DNA from: Candidatus Rokuibacteriota bacterium | GTDB lineage: Bacteria; Methylomirabilota; Methylomirabilia; Rokubacteriales; CSP1-6 | DNA length: 64,000 nt | Direction: 5' to 3' | Assembly: GCA_003220685.1 (NCBI GenBank) | Contig: QHTE01000062.1 | Span: 5,624 to 69,623 of the forward strand | Part shown: piece after piece, positions 40,917 through 49,101 of the stretch | Position numbering within the stretch: the stretch's first letter is position 1 | Layout: each line of letters starts with the position of its first letter | Position numbers and translations under genes: made by a program | The notes under the pieces: model-generated | Database searches by the model: none | What the model saw: the letters and a program-made list of their open reading frames with translations, nothing else | Told to the model about the DNA's origin: nothing

Positions 40917-42614
40917 TCAATCTCCTTTGCGTCCCACGACCCGCACGCGCGCGCGCGGCGCGAGCTTCACGCGCCCGAGGCTCTTGAGGTGACCGGCCAC
41001 CACGTCCCACGCCGGGGGGCCGTCGACCTCGGCGAGGCTCGCCCAGCCCGTCGCCTTGTAGCGGCGGGCGGGCTCCATGGCGCGTCCGGCCACGCGGAGG
41101 TCTCGGATGCGCCGGCCGACGGGCTTGGACGGGTCGATCGTATACGTCAGCCCGCCCAGCCGCACCATGTCGCCGCCCTGCCGATAGTACGGATCGGGAT
41201 GGAATAGGTTGTCGGCGACGTCTTCCATCAGCTGGTGGATCTCGCTCCCCGTCATCTCCCGCACCCAGGTGTTCGGATAGGTCACGGCGGTGTGCGCGTA
41301 CGCGTCCTCGGGCGTGATCTCCTGCCCCGGCACGATCGTGATCCCCCAGCGGAAGCCCGGGGAGAACGCGATCTGGGCGTCGGCGTCGCGCAGGAGCGCG
41401 TCGAGGATCAGCTCGTCGAACGTGCCGTTGAAGTTGCCGCGCCGGTAGAGCAAGGTCTCGGACACCGCCAGCCGCTCGCCCAGCTTCGCCTCGTAGGGCC
41501 GGCGAATCTCCTCGATCAGCCGGGCCATGTCCGGATCGGCAGGGACGTCCTGCGCCAGGACGGGGATCAGGCGATAGCGATAGCCGCGGAGGCGTCCGCG
41601 CTGGACGTCCAGGTCGAGGCGGCTCAGGAACTTGCCGTGCGAGCCCGAGTTCACGACCAGCGTCTTGCCCACGAGGAGTGGCTGCGGCAGCGCGTCGTGG
41701 GTGTGGCCGCCGAGCACGACGTCGAGGCCGTGGACGCGCCCGGCGAGCTTCAGGTCGACCGCAACGCCGTTGTGCGAGAGCAGGACGACCAGATCGACCT
41801 TCTTGCCTTCTCGCAGCTCGTTGACCAGCGCCTGAAGGCCGTCTTCCTGGATGCCGAACGTCAGGTCGGGCACGAAGCGCCGGGGATGGGAGACCGGCGT
41901 GTACGGGAACGCCTGGCCGATGACTCCCACGCGCGCGCCGCCCACGTCGCGGATCGTGTAGGGCCGAAACGGCCGCTCGGCCCAGTTGAGCTCGGCGACG
42001 TTGTGCGCCACGAAGTCGCCCGCGAAGACGCCCCGCTGCTCGCGATCGCCGAAGAGCTCCTTGACGCGGTCGAGCCCGTACACGAACTCCCAGTGCGGCG
42101 TGAAGACCTCGACGCCGAGCTGGTTCGAGACGCGCACCATGTCCTCGCCGCGGCTCCAGAGGGCGGTGGCCGAGCCCTGGATCGTGTCGCCGCCGTCGAG
42201 CAGGAGCGTGCGCCCCGCGCGCTCCTCGCGGACCCGCTTGACCAGGGTGGCGAGATGGGCGTAGCCGCCCATGCGTCCGTATCGCGCGGCCAAGGTCGCG
42301 AAGTCGAGATACGTGTAGGCGTACGCCTCCACGGTGCCCGGCGAGAGATGGTACGCGCGGAGCAGCTCGGCGCCCGTGAGAAACGGCGGCCGGCCGCGCT
42401 CGGCGCCGACGCCGATGACCGAGTCGGGCTCGCGATAGTACACGGGGCGAAGCGTCGCGTGCGCGTCGGTGATGTGCAGTAGGGTCACGTTGCCCAGCGG
42501 CTCGAAGGCCAGGAGCCGCGCGGGGCCGTCGGCGGCCTCGAGACTGCGCGGCGCGAGCCCGGCGCCCGCGGCGACCGCGAGCAGCCTTAGGAGGTCGCGC
42601 CGCGAGACGTCCAT
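40917..42614 (-). CDS. soxB: thiosulfohydrolase SoxB
   Basis: 565 aa. Tat signal SRRDLLRLLAVAAG. Has metallophosphoesterase/5'-nucleotidase motifs (HITDAHA, DGGDTIQGS). Confidence 0.9.
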   Translation of the reverse strand: MDVSRRDLLRLLAVAAGAGLAPRSLEAADGPARLLAFEPLGNVTLLHITDAHATLRPVYYREPDSVIGVGAERGRPPFLTGAELLRAYHLSPGTVEAYAYTYLDFATLAARYGRMGGYAHLATLVKRVREERAGRTLLLDGGDTIQGSATALWSRGEDMVRVSNQLGVEVFTPHWEFVYGLDRVKELFGDREQRGVFAGDFVAHNVAELNWAERPFRPYTIRDVGGARVGVIGQAFPYTPVSHPRRFVPDLTFGIQEDGLQALVNELREGKKVDLVVLLSHNGVAVDLKLAGRVHGLDVVLGGHTHDALPQPLLVGKTLVVNSGSHGKFLSRLDLDVQRGRLRGYRYRLIPVLAQDVPADPDMARLIEEIRRPYEAKLGERLAVSETLLYRRGNFNGTFDELILDALLRDADAQIAFSPGFRWGITIVPGQEITPEDAYAHTAVTYPNTWVREMTGSEIHQLMEDVADNLFHPDPYYRQGGDMVRLGGLTYTIDPSKPVGRRIRDLRVAGRAMEPARRYKATGWASLAEVDGPPAWDVVAGHLKSLGRVKLAPRARVRVVGRKGD

Positions 42615-42617
42615 GCG

Positions 42618-43928
42618 CTAGTGGCGAATGCCCGGCACGCTGAGCGGTTTGCCGTTGTCGAAGGCGGTCAGGTAGAGCTCGAGCTCTGCGTACTCGATGG
42701 AATCCGCCGCGAGCATGTTCATCCCGAGGGGCGTCATGCACCACTGGAAGCGCTTGCGCATGTCCCACACCTCCGCCCGGTCGGTCCGCCACGTCGGGAT
42801 GTGCTTCGTCAAGCCCGACCTCACGTCCGCCAGCAAGCGGCCGCCCAGAAACTTCCCGGCTGACCGCTCGCTCGTGTGGCAATCGGCGCACGCGTGATTG
42901 CGCTCACCCACCCGCCGGTAAAAGGTCGCCTTGCCGCGCGCGAGCGCGGCGCGGGCTTCGGGGCTCGCGACGTCGACGCTCACCGGCATGCCGTTCGACT
43001 GCATCTTGATGAGCATGGTCATGCTGAGATTGTCGGCCGACTCGCTCGGCATCGCGTGGCCGGTCGTAGCGGGCGCGTGCACCTCGAGAAAGTCCTCGAC
43101 GCCCATCACGCGCCCCTGGGCCTTCACGAACCTCGGGTATCGTGGCGCGACGCCGCGCATCGCGCGCGCGACGCCGCCCTCGTGGCAATCGCTACAGGCC
43201 TTGCCGGACGCTCCGCGCGCCGTCCACAGTGCCTCGGCGTCCTCGGCCAGCACGATCGCGGGGTTGTTCGTCGGATCGAGGTTGTCGCCGAACCCCACGG
43301 GCTTCGGACGTGTGAAGGGATTGCGCTCCGGGCTCTTCTCCGGAGCGACCGGCGCCTTGAGCGTCTGGAGGTAGGCGACGATGTGCACGATCTCCTCGGC
43401 GCTGAAGATCCCGGCGGTGCCCCACGGCGGCATCACGGTGTTCGGGAAGAACACGCGCGGGTCCCAGACGACCTGATACAGATACTGATCGGGCAGCCGG
43501 CGATCGCCGATCGTCGACTGATCGGGGCCGGCGCTGCCGGCCGGCCAGACGTCGTCGCCCGGCACGAGATGACACGCCGTGCAGGGCCCCTTGCTACGGC
43601 TGAGAAAGAGCGCACGCCCTTTGTGGGCGTCGCCTTCAATGCTGGCGGGCATCGTCACGCGTTCCACCGGGGGCTCCCGCCGTGAGTCGTCGTACCCGTA
43701 CGTCGGGTACGGAGCGAAATCCCTCGTTGTCCATCCGCGATAGCGCACGGCCGCGCGCGTGCCGTCGGTCAGGGTGCGGATCTCGCCGCGCGCTTCGGGG
43801 AGCGCACGCGACGACCACCGCGGAACGCTGCCGTAGTCGGGCGCCTCCGCCGCTGTCCCCGCGCAGCCGGCGCTCAGCGCCACGAACGCCGCCCCACGCA
43901 GCGCCCGCCACGCCGCCGCGCGTCTCAT
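42618..43928 (-). CDS. SoxX-SoxA fusion cytochrome c (three CxxCH), lipoprotein signal
   Basis: 436 aa with the lipobox LSAGC. CTACH lies in the SoxX-like half. CSDCH and CADCH plus RFQWCM lie in the SoxA-like half. Confidence 0.8.
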   Translation of the reverse strand: MRRAAAWRALRGAAFVALSAGCAGTAAEAPDYGSVPRWSSRALPEARGEIRTLTDGTRAAVRYRGWTTRDFAPYPTYGYDDSRREPPVERVTMPASIEGDAHKGRALFLSRSKGPCTACHLVPGDDVWPAGSAGPDQSTIGDRRLPDQYLYQVVWDPRVFFPNTVMPPWGTAGIFSAEEIVHIVAYLQTLKAPVAPEKSPERNPFTRPKPVGFGDNLDPTNNPAIVLAEDAEALWTARGASGKACSDCHEGGVARAMRGVAPRYPRFVKAQGRVMGVEDFLEVHAPATTGHAMPSESADNLSMTMLIKMQSNGMPVSVDVASPEARAALARGKATFYRRVGERNHACADCHTSERSAGKFLGGRLLADVRSGLTKHIPTWRTDRAEVWDMRKRFQWCMTPLGMNMLAADSIEYAELELYLTAFDNGKPLSVPGIRH

Positions 43929-43938
43929 CGGCGGACGT

Positions 43939-44271
43939 TCACGAGAACTTGATGTCCGCGATGCCCTCGTAGCGCCCCCCGGTGGTGTCGAGGAACTGAA
44001 CCTTGAGCTGACCCGGGTCGGTCGCCTTGAAGGTGAAGGTGAAAAACGGATTCTCGGCCACGTTCTGAGTCGTGTCGAAGGTCGCGACGGTCTTGCCCAG
44101 ATACGTCACGATCACCTTGTTGATGTAGTTGTAGTTCTTCTGAACGATCTTGCCCTGCGCATCACGCTCGATCCGCTCCATCGGGTGGATCACGAGGGCA
44201 CGTACCTGGACGACGTCGCCGGCCTTGATGCTCGACGGAACGCGGAGCCGAACCTTGCCGATGTCTGACAT
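43939..44271 (-). CDS. soxZ: sulfur carrier complex subunit SoxZ
   Basis: 110 aa. MSDIGKVRLRVPSSIKAGDVVQVRALVIHPME is typical of SoxZ. Confidence 0.85.
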   Translation of the reverse strand: MSDIGKVRLRVPSSIKAGDVVQVRALVIHPMERIERDAQGKIVQKNYNYINKVIVTYLGKTVATFDTTQNVAENPFFTFTFKATDPGQLKVQFLDTTGGRYEGIADIKFS

Positions 44272-44273
44272 GG

Positions 44274-44765
44274 CTAGCCTCCGCAGCCGCCGACCGTGAC
44301 TTTGACCTCGCGCTTGACGGCGAGCAGGCTGCCGTCGCTCTGCTCGACGATGGCGCGGACGTCGCCGCTCTCGCCGAGGCGGATGTTCGCACCCATGAAC
44401 GCGCGGCCGGCCTCCGGCGACAACGTCACTCGCGTGACGACCGGGATGCGGTTCTTGTCGGCGACGACGTAGATATGCTTCACGTAGTTCGTCGGCGTCA
44501 TCGGAGAATCGACGCTGACCGAGATCGGGACCACGGCGCCGTTTTCGGCGATGAGCGGCACGTCCAGCTTGACGCTGGCGGCGCCGTCCCTCATCGGCTT
44601 GCCTCCGAAGAGCCGCTTCATCGCATCTTCCACGCTCTCGTTCTGCCCGAGCGCCTGAGCCCACGCCGTGCCCGGCATCGCGGCGAGTCCCCCTGCCGCG
44701 GCAACGCCGAGGGCACTCAAGGTGATCAGAGCTGTTCGCCGGCTTATCCGATGGTCCTCGGTCAC
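44274..44765 (-). CDS. soxY: sulfur carrier complex subunit SoxY
   Basis: GTG start after AGGAGGGG. Tat motif SRRTALITL. C-terminal swinging-arm motif VTVGGCGG. Confidence 0.9.
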   Translation of the reverse strand: MTEDHRISRRTALITLSALGVAAAGGLAAMPGTAWAQALGQNESVEDAMKRLFGGKPMRDGAASVKLDVPLIAENGAVVPISVSVDSPMTPTNYVKHIYVVADKNRIPVVTRVTLSPEAGRAFMGANIRLGESGDVRAIVEQSDGSLLAVKREVKVTVGGCGG

Positions 44766-44900
44766 GATCGCCCCTCCTCCCGCGTCCCGCGCGCCAGCAG
44801 GCTCGCCCATCCGTGTTCCTCCGATGGCTCAGCCACTTGACAACCGCCCACATGCCGACCCAGAGTGCGTCTGCGCCGCCGACAATCCCAGGGAGACACT

Positions 44901-46223
44901 ATGCGCCCGAAGCACGTTCCCGGACAACTCCTCACTCTCGTCGCCTTGCTCATGCTCGGCTGTGCCGTTGGCGCGGACAAGCGCGAGGTGCCGTCCTCCC
45001 AGCGGTGGACCTCTCGCGCGATCCCCGAGGCTCGGGGCGAGGTCAAGGAGATCGAAGGGAAACGGGTGCAGATCCGCTACCGGCATGAACCCTTCTCGAC
45101 CTTCACCGTGAACTACGAGCAGTGGCCCACCTATGCCTACAGCGACAACCGGGTCTTTTCCCAGCCGGCGCGAGTCGCCATGCCTGACCTCAAGGGAGAT
45201 CCGGCACGTGGCCGGCAGCTGTTCATGGCCCGAAACAAGGCGCCGTGCACGGGCTGCCACCTGATTCCGGGAGACGACGTCTGGCCGGCTGGAAGCGTCG
45301 GCCCGGATCTGTCAGTCATCGGCGACCGCCGTTTGCCGGATCGATATCTCTTCGAGCTCATCTGGGATCCCCGTCTGTTCTTTCCCAACACCAGCATGCC
45401 CCCCTGGGGACCAGCCGGAATTCTCTCCGCGGAAGAAGTCGTCCACATCGTGGCCTTCCTCCAAACGCTCAAAGGCAACCCGCCGTTCGTGCCGCCGCCG
45501 GAGAAGGACCCCACGCGGAATCCGCACACGCGTCCGACGATCCTTCCTTACTACGGCGACAATCTGGATCCAGCCACGAACCCCGCCGTCGTCTTCGCGG
45601 ACAATGCCCTGTCCGTGTGGTCCGCGAAGGGACCGGCGGGCAAGGCCTGCGCGGACTGTCATCCGGGCGGCCCGGAGAAGGCCATGAAAGGCGTGGCGAC
45701 GAAGTACCCGAAGTATCTCTCGGCGTACCGGCGGATCATGTCGATCGGAGACTTGCTGACCGTCCATACGCCCGAGACGACGGGCCGAGAGATGCTCGCC
45801 GAGAGCGCCGACAATCTCAACATGACCATGCTCATCAAGATGCAGTCGAATGGAATGCCCGTGAACGTCGACATCACGAGCCCAGAGGCCGCCGCCGCGT
45901 ACGAGCGCGGGCGGGCCGTGTATTTCAAACGGGTCGGCCAGCGTAACCACGCCTGCGCCGACTGCCACGAGGCGGATCGAGGCGCCGGCCGATACGCCGG
46001 CGCCCGGCTGCTCAGTCCCGTCCGCGAGGGGCTGACCAAGCACTTCCCGCTCTGGTTCAACGCGTATCTCGGCGTCTGGGACATTCGCAAACGCTTCCAG
46101 GTGTGCATGCTGCCGCTCGGAATGAACTACCTGCCCGCCGACGCGCCGGAGTATGCGGACCTCGAGCTCTACCTCACCGCGTTCGACAACGGCAAGCCGA
46201 TGAGCGTGCCGGGAATCCGGTGA
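44901..46223 (+). CDS. second SoxX-SoxA fusion cytochrome c (paralog), lipoprotein signal
   Basis: 440 aa from the ATG after GGGAGA. Lipobox LMLGC. Has CTGCH, CADCH, CADCH and RFQVCM. Roughly 60% identical by eye to 42618..43928. Confidence 0.8.
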   Translation: MRPKHVPGQLLTLVALLMLGCAVGADKREVPSSQRWTSRAIPEARGEVKEIEGKRVQIRYRHEPFSTFTVNYEQWPTYAYSDNRVFSQPARVAMPDLKGDPARGRQLFMARNKAPCTGCHLIPGDDVWPAGSVGPDLSVIGDRRLPDRYLFELIWDPRLFFPNTSMPPWGPAGILSAEEVVHIVAFLQTLKGNPPFVPPPEKDPTRNPHTRPTILPYYGDNLDPATNPAVVFADNALSVWSAKGPAGKACADCHPGGPEKAMKGVATKYPKYLSAYRRIMSIGDLLTVHTPETTGREMLAESADNLNMTMLIKMQSNGMPVNVDITSPEAAAAYERGRAVYFKRVGQRNHACADCHEADRGAGRYAGARLLSPVREGLTKHFPLWFNAYLGVWDIRKRFQVCMLPLGMNYLPADAPEYADLELYLTAFDNGKPMSVPGIR

Positions 46224-46391
46224 CCGGCCGCCGACTCGGAGGTGTCCTGGCTCTCGCCCTCGGGACCCTGGTGGCGTCGCTCGCGAGCGACGCGCAGCCG
46301 CCGGACCACATTCCGCGGATTGGATATCTGATCTTTCCGCGGTGAAGATCCCGCGCCGCTGCTGCTGCGAGCCGATCAGGTCGTGGAGTAG
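46220..46391 (+). pseudogene. remnant (N-terminus + C-terminus only) of a PF04392-type ABC substrate-binding protein
   Basis: Signal peptide plus the PRIGYL box (41 aa), then a stop. It is directly followed, in other frames, by VKIPR.LLLRADQVVE*, which matches the C-terminus LKIPQTLLLQADQVVQ* of the intact paralog at 48087..49073. Confidence 0.6.
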
Positions 46392-46425
46392 CCTTCCCGC
46401 GACACCGGACTCGTACCAAACTCGC

Positions 46426-48033
46426 TCACCGCCGCCGCTCGCCCTCCTGGCTTCTCGCAACGACCTGAGCGTACGCTCGCAGATAGTAAACAGCGTCAGG
46501 CGCCCGGGCCACCGCGTCGTCGCCGTCACCCAAGAGAGCGCGCGCCGTCCCACCAAACGATGTCAGAACGCGTCGGGCGAGATCGAGATAGTCGGCCGGA
46601 CCCCCGACCTGGTGCGCCTGGAGCAGCGCCTCGGCCATGACCCCGTTGGCGTCGAGCGACAGCGGGAGGCTCTTGTCGTCGCCGAAGGCGCCCCGGCCGG
46701 CATCGAAGAGGTCGGCCACGGCGAAGCGCAGCACCTGCAGTGCCGTCTGGCGGTAGGATTCCACCCGGACGACTCGATAGCCCTCGAGGAGCCCGAGCGC
46801 GGCCCACGCATTGGCATCGAGCTGCCCCTCGCCATGTCTTTGTCCGGTCCGAGGCTCGTAGAGATGGAAGGCGCCTTTCTCGCTCACCACGTTCAGGCGT
46901 ATGAAGTCGAGCGTGCGCAGCGCAACATCGCGAAGATCCGTTCTCCCCGAGGACCGGCCCAGAGCGAGCAGCGCGACGGCCGCTTCGGCGTTCCACGCCG
47001 TGAGCTTCTCGCGATTCACGGATGGCGCCTGAGCGCTCCGCCGTTCGCGAAGCGACAGTCGGTAATAGGCGGGATTGGCGGTCTGGCTGCTATAAAAGCC
47101 GCCCGCGGTCGCGTCGTGGAGTGTTCGGAGCAGGTACGCGACCGTACGATCCGCGGCCTCCCGGTACCGCGGGTTACCGGTCATCCGGTGAGCCTCGCCC
47201 AGCACGGCCGCCAGTGTTGCGTTGAGATGCACCAGCTTCTCGTAATGCGGCTGGCGCCACTCCCGCCCTTCGGCGAAACGAAAGAAGCCGCCATCGACAG
47301 GGTCATAGAGGGCTCCGAGGACCCCGTCGAGAGTCTTCTCGACGGCGACGAGGTAGCGACGATCCCCAGTGGCCTGGTGTAGCTCGAGCAGATACGCGAG
47401 CAGACGCGGCTGAGGGTATTTGTCGCCGGAGCCAAACCCGCCGTACTCCTTGTCCAGGTTCTCGCCGACGAAGGTGAGCATGCCCTGGCGGAGCCGCCGA
47501 TACGTATTCGAGCTCAGTGGGGCCGAGTTCGGAACGGCGACGGGCCCGGTCTCCGGCGCGGGCGACGGCGACGCGGCGACCTGCTTCACGACGCTCAGAA
47601 AATCGTCCTTCTTGAGCACCCCGGCGAACGATTGCCGGACCCGGCCGTCGGGAGCGAAGAGCACGATCATCGGCAGTCCCCGGGCGTACCTGCGCACGAG
47701 GTCAGGGTGCCGGTCATGGTCGGCGAAGACATTCACGTAGTGCTGGTTCAGGTACTTCGACACCTCGGCGTCGGCCAGCACCTGTTGCTCGAAGTATTTG
47801 CACCAGTAGCACCACACGGCGCTGATCAGGAGAAAGAGGGGTTTGCCTTCCCTCTGCGCAGCCTCGAATGCCGCGGGCGAATGCTCCACGAACCGGACGT
47901 TCGACGTCTGGAGGACGTCGCCCCGGGCGTCCCGGGCGCCGCCAGGGAAGACCCCGAGGGCTCCGAGCGCAAGAACGGCGAGGGATCGTCTTGACAAGCT
48001 CTCTCGGCCGACACAGAGTCTGCGAGCATTCAT
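46426..48033 (-). CDS. thioredoxin-domain (DUF255/YyaL-like) protein with Tat-like signal
   Basis: 535 aa from MNARRL. Has SRRSLAVLALG and the N-terminal Trx-like motif AVWCYWCKYFE. The C-terminal part is alpha-helical and repeat-like. Confidence 0.65.
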   Translation of the reverse strand: MNARRLCVGRESLSRRSLAVLALGALGVFPGGARDARGDVLQTSNVRFVEHSPAAFEAAQREGKPLFLLISAVWCYWCKYFEQQVLADAEVSKYLNQHYVNVFADHDRHPDLVRRYARGLPMIVLFAPDGRVRQSFAGVLKKDDFLSVVKQVAASPSPAPETGPVAVPNSAPLSSNTYRRLRQGMLTFVGENLDKEYGGFGSGDKYPQPRLLAYLLELHQATGDRRYLVAVEKTLDGVLGALYDPVDGGFFRFAEGREWRQPHYEKLVHLNATLAAVLGEAHRMTGNPRYREAADRTVAYLLRTLHDATAGGFYSSQTANPAYYRLSLRERRSAQAPSVNREKLTAWNAEAAVALLALGRSSGRTDLRDVALRTLDFIRLNVVSEKGAFHLYEPRTGQRHGEGQLDANAWAALGLLEGYRVVRVESYRQTALQVLRFAVADLFDAGRGAFGDDKSLPLSLDANGVMAEALLQAHQVGGPADYLDLARRVLTSFGGTARALLGDGDDAVARAPDAVYYLRAYAQVVARSQEGERRR

Positions 48034-48086
48034 GGCTCCGGAAGAAGTATGCGCCCGGACCAGAATCCAGGACAATCGTGCATCGG

Positions 48087-49073
48087 ATGATTTCCCGTAC
48101 CCTGAAGCCTTTGCTCTTCGTGCTCGCGATCGTGGGCGTCCTGTCCGGCGTCGAGGCGCAGCGCCCGGACCGGGTGCCGCGGATCGGCTATCTCGTGGTC
48201 TCGCCGCTTGCCGACCCCCCTTCCGCGGAACGCGCCGCGTTCCTCGACGGCTTGAGAGAGCTCGGCTACGTCGTCGGCCAGAACGTCGTCATCGAGTATC
48301 GATCGGCGGCATGGAATCGTGAGCTCTTGCCCGACCTGGCGGCCGAGCTGGTCAACCTCAAGGTCGACGTCATCGTGGCCGTGCCGGGAGCCATCGACGC
48401 CGCAAGAGACGCGACGAAGACGATCCCCATCATCGTCCCGTCGCTTACGGATCCGGTCGACGAGGGTTACGTCAAGAGCCTCGCGCGCCCCGGCGGGAAT
48501 ATCACGGGGCCCGGCTGGTCGGCGGAAGGATTGACCGGAAAACGGCTGGAGCTGCTCAAGGAGGCCATTCCCAAGCTTTCCCGTGTGGCCGTCCTCTGGA
48601 ATCCGCTCAACGAAGGTGCAAAGCGGCAGTGGCAAGAAGCGCAGGCCGCGGCCCGGAAGCTGCACCTGGCGCTTCAATCTCTGGAAGTGAAAGACCCCAG
48701 CGACGTCCCCAAGGCCTTCGCGACGATGGCGCAAAAGCGTCCCGACGCCTTGATTACCGTGGCCAGCGCGCTCACGACCGCCTATCGGCCGATCATCATC
48801 GAGTTCGCGACCAAGCAGCGAATCCCGACCATGTTCGCGCTGAAAGCCGACGTCGAAGCCGGCGGCCTCATCTCGTATGCGGGGAGTCTGACCGACACCT
48901 TCCGCCGAGCGGCACGCTACGTCGATAGGGTTCTGAAGGGCGCCAACCCCGGCGATTTGCCGATCGAAGATCCCACCAGATTCGAGCTGGCCATCAATCT
49001 CAAGACAGCCAAGACGCTGGGGTTGAAGATCCCTCAGACGCTCTTGCTGCAGGCCGACCAGGTGGTCCAGTAG
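48087..49073 (+). CDS. orphan ABC transporter substrate-binding protein (PF04392-like)
   Basis: 328 aa with a signal peptide. Has PRIGYLVVS and LARPGGNITG motifs. No adjacent permease or ATPase. Confidence 0.75.
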   Translation: MISRTLKPLLFVLAIVGVLSGVEAQRPDRVPRIGYLVVSPLADPPSAERAAFLDGLRELGYVVGQNVVIEYRSAAWNRELLPDLAAELVNLKVDVIVAVPGAIDAARDATKTIPIIVPSLTDPVDEGYVKSLARPGGNITGPGWSAEGLTGKRLELLKEAIPKLSRVAVLWNPLNEGAKRQWQEAQAAARKLHLALQSLEVKDPSDVPKAFATMAQKRPDALITVASALTTAYRPIIIEFATKQRIPTMFALKADVEAGGLISYAGSLTDTFRRAARYVDRVLKGANPGDLPIEDPTRFELAINLKTAKTLGLKIPQTLLLQADQVVQ

Positions 49074-49101
49074 CGCGGGAGGCAGACCACCCGGCGTGTC
49101 G

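Noticed and set aside
44837-44842. A perfect TTGACA hexamer in the soxY / soxXA2 divergent spacer, considered as a -35 box.
   Set aside because: No acceptable -10 hexamer lies 16-18 nt downstream on either strand. A single hexamer match is not enough support.
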